18,034 nt of DNA from Fibrobacterota bacterium. GTDB taxonomy: Bacteria > Fibrobacterota > Fibrobacteria > UBA11236. Shown here piece by piece: positions 8,111 through 15,237 of this stretch. Numbering within the stretch: position 1 is the first letter of the stretch; each line of letters begins with the position of its first letter. Location of the stretch: positions 1 through 18,034 of the forward strand of contig JAYUVP010000281.1 in the NCBI GenBank assembly GCA_043753995.1, read 5' to 3'. The translations under genes were made by a program, and so were the position numbers. The notes beneath the pieces were generated by a model that saw nothing but the letters and a program-made list of their open reading frames with translations, searched no databases and was not told the origin of the DNA.

Positions 8111-9712
8111 ATGAAAGTCCTCTTCCTCAATCCGCCTTATTTCCCGATGTTTTCCCGGGAATCGCGGAGCCCCTGCGTAACCAAGTCCAGCACCCTTTAT
8201 TGGCCCATGTTCATGTGCTATGCCGCGGGATGCGTCGAAGAGGATGGCAATGAAATCCTCGTAATCGACTCTCCCGCCATGGATTTGGACTTGGAAGGCA
8301 CCCTGAAAAAAGTCAGGGATTTCAAACCTACCCTGGCCGTTTTGAATACTTCGACACCGTCTATCAACAATGATATGCGCGTCGGCAAGGCTATTAAAGA
8401 GGCTGTGAATTGCCCCATCGCCATGATGGGCACCCATGCCACCGCCGAGCCTTTGGAAATTTTGGAACGTGAAGACGCCATCGACTATGTCATCATGGGC
8501 GAAGCCGATCACACCGCGCGCGAACTCGTTCGCTTTTTACGCGGCGATGGACCGGATCAGGCCCGCAAGATATTGGGTCTGGCTTGGCGCGACGGCGAAT
8601 TGATGCAGCGCAATTTGGAACGGCCAAAGATTGAAAACCTCGACACCGTACCCTGGGTGAGTAAGGTTTATGTCAAGCATCTGATGTCGTGCTATACGCG
8701 CTATTTCTATGGCGCTAATATCAATCCTCTCATCGTAATTCTTTCGGGGCGCGGCTGTCCTTTCCGCTGCACCTATTGCGTGGTGCCCCAAACTTTGACG
8801 GGCCACACCTATCGCAAGCGCAGCATCAAGGATGTGGTCGACGAGATGGAATACATCTACGCCTCCTTTCCCAAGGTGGGCGAAATCTTTTTCGAGGATG
8901 ACACCTTCACGGCTCATCCTACCCGCACCAAGGAATTGTGCGAGGAAATCATTCGTCGCGGCATCAAGGTCACCTTCTCAGCCAATGCTCGCGCCGATGT
9001 GAAATTCGAAGTGCTTGATGTCATGAAAAAGGCTGGCTGCCGTGAATTGTGCGTCGGTTTCGAATCGAGCAGCGCCGATGTTTTGAAGAATGTGAAAAAA
9101 GGCTTGGCCGACGGTCAAAGCGAAAAATTCATGGACGCCGCTGACAAGGCTGGCATTTTGATTCATGGATGCTTCATGGTGGGTAACTTGGGTGATAACC
9201 CCGAGACCTTGGACCGCACTTTGGAATTCGCAAAGAAGCTGAATCCTAATACGGCGCAATTCTATCCCATCATGGCCTATCCAGGCACATCGGCCTATGC
9301 CGAAGCGCGTGAGCGCGGCGAATTGGCCAGCACCGATTATGATAAATGGCTCGACAAAGACGGCCAGCACAATACCACGGTGATCCGCAAGAATCTCACC
9401 AGCCAACAATTGGTTGACTTCTGCGATCGCGCGCGGCGTGAGTTTTACCTGCGGCCTAAATACGTGCTGAAACAAGCGCGCATGGCCCTCTTCGACAAGC
9501 ATGAGCGCTACCGCGTTTTCCGTGGCGCCTATACCTTGTTCAAGCATCTTTTCCGCAAGCATGGCGCGCCGCAAGATCAAAGCACCTATAGCCAGGTGAC
9601 GCATCGTCCTTCTTCGCATGCTGGCGCAGCCAATGGCCATGCACACAGCCATGACGCGAAAGCGAGTTCTGGTTCCGTGGAAACCTCAGAAAAGGTGAAG
9701 GCCGCGGCTTAA
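8111..9712 (+). CDS. Cobalamin-binding-domain radical SAM protein (BchE/HpnJ-like superfamily); substrate unknown
   Basis: N-terminal B12-binding Rossmann-like domain (MKVLFLNPP...MGTHAT..P...DYVIMGEAD), GRGCPFRCTYC (CxxxCxxC), FEDDTF, VGFES, YPGT. SD-like AGGAAGG upstream. Confidence 0.9.
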   Translation: MKVLFLNPPYFPMFSRESRSPCVTKSSTLYWPMFMCYAAGCVEEDGNEILVIDSPAMDLDLEGTLKKVRDFKPTLAVLNTSTPSINNDMRVGKAIKEAVNCPIAMMGTHATAEPLEILEREDAIDYVIMGEADHTARELVRFLRGDGPDQARKILGLAWRDGELMQRNLERPKIENLDTVPWVSKVYVKHLMSCYTRYFYGANINPLIVILSGRGCPFRCTYCVVPQTLTGHTYRKRSIKDVVDEMEYIYASFPKVGEIFFEDDTFTAHPTRTKELCEEIIRRGIKVTFSANARADVKFEVLDVMKKAGCRELCVGFESSSADVLKNVKKGLADGQSEKFMDAADKAGILIHGCFMVGNLGDNPETLDRTLEFAKKLNPNTAQFYPIMAYPGTSAYAEARERGELASTDYDKWLDKDGQHNTTVIRKNLTSQQLVDFCDRARREFYLRPKYVLKQARMALFDKHERYRVFRGAYTLFKHLFRKHGAPQDQSTYSQVTHRPSSHAGAANGHAHSHDAKASSGSVETSEKVKAAA

Positions 9713-9716
9713 TGAA

Positions 9717-10412
9717 ATGAGTTTTGAAACCGGCTCTCGAAAGCCCTTCACCGTAGCGGCATTCGCTTCCGGTGGAGGCAGCAATCTTCAGGTTTTGATC
9801 GACAAGCAGCGGACCGGTGAATTGCCGGTCCGTCTCGCTTTCACCCTCTCCAATAACAGCAAATCCCTGGCGCTTCAGCGTACGCGTGAGGCTGGCGCCC
9901 TGGCCCTGCATGTGTCGGCGAAAACGGAAGGCTCCGAAGAAGCCATCGCCGAGACCATGGTGCGGCTACTAGCCGAGCATCAAGTCGATTTACTGGTTTT
10001 GGCGGGCTATATGAAAAAAGTGCCTGCGCAGGTTTTGGCGGCCATGCACAATCGCGTCATCAATATTCACCCCGCCTTATTGCCTGCATTCGGAGGCGAA
10101 GGCTTTTATGGCCACAAGGTGCATGAAGGCGTGGTGGCGCGTGGCTGCCAAATTACCGGCATGACTATCCATATGGTGAATGAGGATTATGACGCGGGAC
10201 AAATTATCTATCAAGGTTCCGTGCGCGTCGAGCCCCATTGGACAGCAGACGATGTCGGAGCCGCTGTTTTGAAACTCGAACACCATAATTATTGGCGCGT
10301 AATACGAGCCTTCGCAGCGGGTCAAATCCAACCCACCGATTCCTTATTGGCCAGCGAAGCCGTGCGAATCGAAAGCGAATTTTTCGCGAGCATGGAGTTT
10401 TTCGGTTCGTGA
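9717..10412 (+). CDS. purN: Phosphoribosylglycinamide formyltransferase
   Basis: FASGGGSNLQ, LVLAGYMK, INIHPALLPAFGG.G.YG.KVH, G.TIH.V.EDYDAG.II.Q, LEH. Confidence 0.93.
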   Translation: MSFETGSRKPFTVAAFASGGGSNLQVLIDKQRTGELPVRLAFTLSNNSKSLALQRTREAGALALHVSAKTEGSEEAIAETMVRLLAEHQVDLLVLAGYMKKVPAQVLAAMHNRVINIHPALLPAFGGEGFYGHKVHEGVVARGCQITGMTIHMVNEDYDAGQIIYQGSVRVEPHWTADDVGAAVLKLEHHNYWRVIRAFAAGQIQPTDSLLASEAVRIESEFFASMEFFGS

Positions 10413-11116
10413 AATCCCGCATTTCTTCCGAGAAGGCGACGCCTTCGCTTTGGCAATTCGATTTGGACTTGTGGAAAGGCTTGAATGGCGCTTTCTATGT
10501 CGGCGTGGACGAAGCTGGACGCGGCCCCCTGGCCGGCAATGTGGTGGCCGCCTGCGTGGTTTTCGAATTGCAAGGCAAGCCCCTGGCCGGTTTGAATGAC
10601 AGCAAAAAACTGAGTGAGTCCGCTCGTGAAAATCTTTATCCCCTGGTGATGGAGCAGGCCCTTGCCTTCGGCATCGGCGAATGTTCTCCGCTCGAAATCG
10701 ATCGCATCAATATTTTGCAGGCGACTTTTTTGGCCATGGCTCGGGCCTTGTCGGCCATGAGAGGACAAAAGTCACAAGCCGGTCTTCCAGCCAAGGCCCT
10801 GCCGCCTGACAGCGTGAGTTTATCGCTCGGTGTGGATGGCAATAAAGTCATCCCCGGTTTGCAATTCCCCCAGCAAGCCTTGATAAAGGGCGATGGCCGC
10901 TCGGCATCCATTGCCGCCGCTTCGATTTTAGCCAAGGTAACGCGCGATCAACAATTGATGACGCTCGATGCGCTTTATCCGCAATACGGATTTGCTCAGC
11001 ACAAAGGTTATCCCACCGAAGCCCATCGCGAGGCCGTGGTTCGTCATGGCTTAAGTCCGGTACATCGTAAAAGCTTTTGCGAAAAGTTGCTCTCGCAAGT
11101 GGATTTGTTTGCCTAA
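10409..11116 (+). CDS. rnhB: Ribonuclease HII
   Basis: GVDEAGRGPLAG.VVAA, LNDSKKLS, ID.INILQAT, VDGN, KGD..S.SIAAASILAKV.RD, YGF..HKGYPT..H, HRKSF. The start is placed at GTG 10409, which overlaps the purN stop (GTGA) and has GGAG upstream. Confidence 0.96.
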   Translation: MKSRISSEKATPSLWQFDLDLWKGLNGAFYVGVDEAGRGPLAGNVVAACVVFELQGKPLAGLNDSKKLSESARENLYPLVMEQALAFGIGECSPLEIDRINILQATFLAMARALSAMRGQKSQAGLPAKALPPDSVSLSLGVDGNKVIPGLQFPQQALIKGDGRSASIAAASILAKVTRDQQLMTLDALYPQYGFAQHKGYPTEAHREAVVRHGLSPVHRKSFCEKLLSQVDLFA

Positions 11117-11174
11117 CGCTATATTTACCCTGCTGTTAATGCTTGTTTAAAAGCGTATTCCCTGAAAATCCCAT

Positions 11175-11948
11175 ATGCGACTGACAACATTTTTACGCTA
11201 CTTCCGACCGAAATACATCTTCAATACCCACCGTGGCCTCTGCACCCTTTGCGGTAAATCAACCTTTTTCGTTCTCATCGATACGAAGGAAACCGTCCGC
11301 AACCATGCGCTCTGCGTACGCTGCGGAAGCATTTCCCGTCATCGACATTTGGCGCTGTGGATTGTGAATACCTTCCGAAGCCGAGGCATCAAAAGCCTGG
11401 CCGATTTTGTCTCGCATCCTGAACTCACCGTGTTCAATACCTCGGCGAAAGGCGCCATCCACCGTGCCTTGGGCAGCGGGCCCAATATCACCTTTTCCGA
11501 ATACTTTGACGGGGTCGCGCCTGGAGATTATAAAGACGGGATATTGAACCAAGACCTGCAATCCCTCACCTTCGCGGACGCATCCTTCGATCTGGTGATC
11601 TCGGAAGACGTATTCGAGCATGTACCCGACTACCGGAAGGGATTTGCCGAGGTGCGCCGCGTCCTCAAGCGTGGCGGGGCCCATATTTTCACCATTCCCT
11701 ACCTCTCCAATCGTAAAACCAGGGATCTGTTCAAGTGGGTCGACGGTAAACCGGTATTATTCGAACCCATCGAATACCACGGGGATCCGCTGCGTGGACA
11801 AATCCCGTGCTTCACGCATTTCGGTTACGACATCATGGGGATCCTGGAAGATCTCGGTTTCGAGGCGCGATTGGAATGGTCCTGGTATGCCGACCAGTGC
11901 TGCCATGGGACATTTGACTGCTATACCTTCATCGCAGTGAAGCGGTGA
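11175..11948 (+). CDS. Class I SAM-dependent methyltransferase-like protein with an N-terminal CxxC...CxxC zinc ribbon
   Basis: CTLCG...CVRCGS..RHR, QDLQSLTFADASFDLVISEDVFEHVPD, EVRRVLKRGG..IFTIP. Confidence 0.8.
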   Translation: MRLTTFLRYFRPKYIFNTHRGLCTLCGKSTFFVLIDTKETVRNHALCVRCGSISRHRHLALWIVNTFRSRGIKSLADFVSHPELTVFNTSAKGAIHRALGSGPNITFSEYFDGVAPGDYKDGILNQDLQSLTFADASFDLVISEDVFEHVPDYRKGFAEVRRVLKRGGAHIFTIPYLSNRKTRDLFKWVDGKPVLFEPIEYHGDPLRGQIPCFTHFGYDIMGILEDLGFEARLEWSWYADQCCHGTFDCYTFIAVKR

Positions 11949-12048
11949 ATTTTCCTGCCGGCAGCAATTCGTCGGCGTTATTCCGAGTTTCCTACCGCTG
12001 ATACTGTGCTCTGTCGCAATTCGTGATTCCCACAAATTCTTGCAAATA

Positions 12049-12078
12049 GTTTATCCACTGACTCGAAAATGGATAAAC
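12049..12078. promoter_or_regulatory. 9-bp perfect inverted repeat upstream of the PEP-CTERM gene; candidate operator or 5' hairpin
   Basis: GTTTATCCA-N12-TGGATAAAC, ending 33 nt before ATG 12112. Confidence 0.45.
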
Positions 12079-12111
12079 CGTGATTCGAGATCCATCCTGA
12101 AAGGAATCATC

Positions 12112-12540
12112 ATGAAAAGTGCAACCCTCCTCCTAACCGTGTCACTTGCAGCCACGGTGCCCATTCACGCGACCGTTATTCGCAACGAACCGGCTTTTAA
12201 AAAACAAAAAATTCTAGGCAATGACGACGAGCCTATTGTTGTCGGCAAAAGATTCTACTGGTTCGAAGTGGGCTATTTCAAATTGCTTGCACCGACCATT
12301 CAAAACCAGTTTGTGAAGAATAAACACTCGGATGTCGGTAGTGAGAATATCGATTTTGAATTCAACTACGACGTTATCTTAGGCGGCCTGAATTCGGCTT
12401 TACCGGAAAAGGATGCTTACGAGGCAATAAGCGGGCAGGTGCTGTCCACTCCCGCAGCCATTCCGGAGCCGGGAAGCGTGGGTCTCATGGGCCTCGGGAT
12501 AGTTGGACTAGCCTTTGCCTCACGGCGTAGGGCGAATTAA
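12112..12540 (+). CDS. Small PEP-CTERM sorting-domain protein (142 aa)
   Basis: SD AAAGGA then ATG 12112. Signal peptide MKSATLLLTVSLAATVPIHA. The C-terminus IPEPGSVGLMGLGIVGLAFASRRRAN has the PEP motif, a TM helix and a basic cluster. Confidence 0.9.
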   Translation: MKSATLLLTVSLAATVPIHATVIRNEPAFKKQKILGNDDEPIVVGKRFYWFEVGYFKLLAPTIQNQFVKNKHSDVGSENIDFEFNYDVILGGLNSALPEKDAYEAISGQVLSTPAAIPEPGSVGLMGLGIVGLAFASRRRAN

Positions 12541-12588
12541 TACTCGGGAACCGTATTATAAATCACTTCCGAACAACTCCGCCTCCTT

Positions 12589-12619
12589 GGTTTGCCAATG
12601 AAAATTGTCAAACCCTTTT
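12589..12619 (+). terminator. Possible terminator or 3' hairpin after the PEP-CTERM gene
   Basis: GGTTTG-C-CAAT [GAAA] ATTG-T-CAAACC followed by CTTTT. It has a GNRA tetraloop and an AT-rich stem with one mismatch. Confidence 0.4.
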
Positions 12620-12670
12620 GGCCAAACTCTGAAAATCAGATCCCATGGGAATGGCTAATTTCCTCTCGCT

Positions 12671-13666
12671 ATGCACAGCTCCAGACAAAAAATTCGGTTC
12701 TTTCTTTTAGGAATACTCGGCCTCTCGCTGATTAGCCATTCCCCGTATGCTGCCTCTTTCGAAGGGGCGATTTATGGTCCGCGAAAACTAAAAGAGCCTT
12801 TAAACGCCTTCATTTGGATGGATTTGAATATTCCCAAAGACAGCGGAGCCTTTCACGGTGCGTATTTCTATCGCAACCATGGCAAGGCCATTCCACTTTC
12901 AGGCCGTAAAAGAGGAGCGAGTCTGACTTTAACCGAGAGCAATCCGAAGGGTAAAGTCACAGGAACATTCGACCTGAAGCTGACGGCAGATGAAATCTCC
13001 GGACTTTGGTTTGCACCGAAAAATCCTGATACCTTTCAAGTCACGCTATTCAAATCCGATCCGAGTATCAAGTCTCATGCGATTTTGCCCAAACTCGAAG
13101 ACATTCTAAGCGAAGAAATAATGTTTTACACGCACGATGGCGAGGATTCCAGTGCAACTCTTGAATATGAAACGTCTTTCCTTGGCGGCAATTTAATGAG
13201 CATTTGGTTAACCTGGGAGAATTACAGCTATACGGCTCACATGGGTTCCCGGCGCTACGTCTACGATTTAAGTTCAAGGTCGCTTGTGGATCTTAAAGAC
13301 GCTTTCACAGAGAAAGGATTCCAAAAACTTCGCGAAAAATTGCAGGATGCCATCACAAGCGAACGCGAATCTCGCGGTTCAGATGCAACCTGGATTCAAG
13401 AATTGTATGAGGGCAAAGAACTCGAAGACACGGCCGAAGCTTTGGAAAGCTTGAACGGATATTTCACCCTTTCCGAATGGCCGGAACGCGCAGAGTTCAG
13501 CCTGAACCGAGACAGTCTCATTGTGAGTCTCGATGACGTCTGCCAACAAAGTTATTCGGCCGGAAATCGCGGCGCCACTTTTAATGTTGCCGTGGGATAT
13601 TCGAAGGCCGAGCTTCGCAAAATGACCAAGCCGAATTCGGTTCTGAAATATTGGATAAAACTCTAG
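12671..13666 (+). CDS. Secreted hypothetical protein; C-terminal half resembles DUF4163/DUF3298 (RsiV/PdaC-like) domains
   Basis: Signal peptide. N-terminal beta module G.YFY...GK.IPLSG....LTLTE....VTGTF......G.W. Later YE..F...NLMSI.....YSYTAH.....VYDL.....VDLKDAF pattern. The family assignment is by eye. Confidence 0.6.
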   Translation: MHSSRQKIRFFLLGILGLSLISHSPYAASFEGAIYGPRKLKEPLNAFIWMDLNIPKDSGAFHGAYFYRNHGKAIPLSGRKRGASLTLTESNPKGKVTGTFDLKLTADEISGLWFAPKNPDTFQVTLFKSDPSIKSHAILPKLEDILSEEIMFYTHDGEDSSATLEYETSFLGGNLMSIWLTWENYSYTAHMGSRRYVYDLSSRSLVDLKDAFTEKGFQKLREKLQDAITSERESRGSDATWIQELYEGKELEDTAEALESLNGYFTLSEWPERAEFSLNRDSLIVSLDDVCQQSYSAGNRGATFNVAVGYSKAELRKMTKPNSVLKYWIKL

Positions 13667-13670
13667 CGCA

Positions 13671-15170
13671 TCACTCTTCGAATTGAGGCGCTTTCGAATT
13701 CTCCTCACGATAGCGTATACGACCGACCCAGAGATGGATGCTCGTCCCGCCTGGCGCCTGCAATGCGAAGGCGACCCAATCCTGGTCGGGAGAGACCACG
13801 ACCGGGTATTCACGCTCTGGAGTGATTTCATAGGACTTGTGCCCGTATACGGGAGCCACGGAGTCTGGCAAGACACGCCAAGCGACATAGGGGTTGCTGG
13901 CCAAATAAAGCAATCCTCCGGTTCCGAATTCGAATCGGCCATATCCGGCCGCGCTGGATCCACCCGCTCTTGCGAGGTGCTTCGGATTCCCCGTCGTACC
14001 CGGTATGCTGTCGGCGAGGCTCAGGATCGGGCTGCATTCCCAAGCGGGACATTCGAGGCTGCCGGGGTCCTCCATTCTCCGGGTCCAGCAATTCCGTTTT
14101 GGGTCCAACATGCGGGACAGCACCTCGCAATAGAGTTCATAAAGCTCCTTGATCCCGGTTTCCGGGAACCGGGCCTTTTCGGCCTTACCCCAGGCCCCGG
14201 TGCGGGGATTCCATGTCCTCATTTGCGGCGACGACTTGCCGTCTTGCTGCACCACGCAAAGCAGAGAATCCCGCCAAAAGACTGTGGGAGAATCCAAGGG
14301 CGGATAAAAAGGCTCGGCGGTGAGGCGACCGATTTTCCTCACTCCTTCCAGGAACAAAGGTTGATTCTTCTTTTTCCAAGTCTGCAGAGAATCGAGCCTG
14401 CGTCGACTGATTCTGGAAATAACGGTGTTTCCAGAATCCTTCAGCAATTCTTTTAAGGCCTCAATCGAGTAGTCGACCTTGCCTTCGGCTATGGAGTCCT
14501 GTATGGCATGTAATTCCAATACATTGGAACGGGATGGGTCCGCATCCATGTTTTCCCAGTTCATCCACGAATGCATGAATTCCAAACTCCCCAGGGCAGG
14601 GTCCGGTTTTTCCAGGGCGGAAATGAGTCGCGTGTGGAACTCTGGGACCAACTCCAAATGCCCCTTTTTCCATCGGAAATGTGCCATCAAATGGCGTCCT
14701 TCCGATTCGGAATCAAAGACTCTCAAGTCATTTTTCCGTGCCTCGAATTCCGGCTCCGGACAGGATGGAAACTCGAAATTATTCGTTTGATTTGTGGACC
14801 AGGAAATCAAAGTCGTCCTGACGGTGTCCTGCGTTCCACCTCGTTTTTCAATGGCCTCCGTATGGATAGTGAATTTGATTTCGCAACTTCCGCCATGCCC
14901 GCCGAGAGAGGTAATTTCTTTTCGGGTGCATTTCAGTTGGCGGCCGGCCAAGGTCCCGCAGGTATCGGTTTGAATTCGTGTGCCGACATTGAGGCCGCCA
15001 TCCGAGAAATGGCCGACACGGACATAGCGGCAAAAGGTGCCGCAGGTGTCGATGGCAACCGAGTCGCCTTCTTCCACCTCGTATTCAAGGTCCTGGTTGG
15101 AAAAGACCGGTACCAAAGTCGCGAAATGGATCACGGTGCACCACAGTGCGGCATGTCGGAAAAACATCAT
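13671..15170 (-). CDS. Cys-rich secreted hypothetical protein with a C-terminal PD40/TolB-like repeat
   Basis: About 500-codon ORF filling the gap between neighbours. Hydrophobic N-terminus (start TTG 15176 or ATG 15170/15167), 12 Cys, and C-terminal VVSPDQDWVAF.....IHLWV. Confidence 0.65.
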   Translation of the reverse strand: MMFFRHAALWCTVIHFATLVPVFSNQDLEYEVEEGDSVAIDTCGTFCRYVRVGHFSDGGLNVGTRIQTDTCGTLAGRQLKCTRKEITSLGGHGGSCEIKFTIHTEAIEKRGGTQDTVRTTLISWSTNQTNNFEFPSCPEPEFEARKNDLRVFDSESEGRHLMAHFRWKKGHLELVPEFHTRLISALEKPDPALGSLEFMHSWMNWENMDADPSRSNVLELHAIQDSIAEGKVDYSIEALKELLKDSGNTVISRISRRRLDSLQTWKKKNQPLFLEGVRKIGRLTAEPFYPPLDSPTVFWRDSLLCVVQQDGKSSPQMRTWNPRTGAWGKAEKARFPETGIKELYELYCEVLSRMLDPKRNCWTRRMEDPGSLECPAWECSPILSLADSIPGTTGNPKHLARAGGSSAAGYGRFEFGTGGLLYLASNPYVAWRVLPDSVAPVYGHKSYEITPEREYPVVVSPDQDWVAFALQAPGGTSIHLWVGRIRYREENSKAPQFEE

Positions 15171-15237
15171 AAGCAAATAGAATTCCTAGCACGGGCTATA
15201 AAGATCTTTTACTTATTCGCCTCGGTCCCTTGGGCAT

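Noticed and set aside
10292..10408. 39-aa N-terminal extension of RNase HII in the ORF track
   Set aside because: It overlaps the 3' end of purN. GTG 10409, with a GTGA overlap and an upstream GGAG, is the more plausible start.
12028..12044. Sigma-54 promoter for the PEP-CTERM gene (TCCCACAAATTCTTGCA)
   Set aside because: TTGCA is present, but the invariant GG at -24 is CC.
12049..12078. Replication origin suggested by DnaA-box-like sequences
   Set aside because: There are only two imperfect boxes, with no box cluster, no unwinding element and no dnaA, dnaN or gidA context.
15200..15209. Palindrome AAAGATCTTT upstream of the Cys-rich orphan
   Set aside because: It is a single AT-rich 10-bp palindrome, within chance expectation.
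11117..15237. Genomic island or mobile element
   Set aside because: The gene content is accessory and part of it looks more AT-rich by eye, but I saw no integrase, transposase, tRNA or flanking direct repeats.
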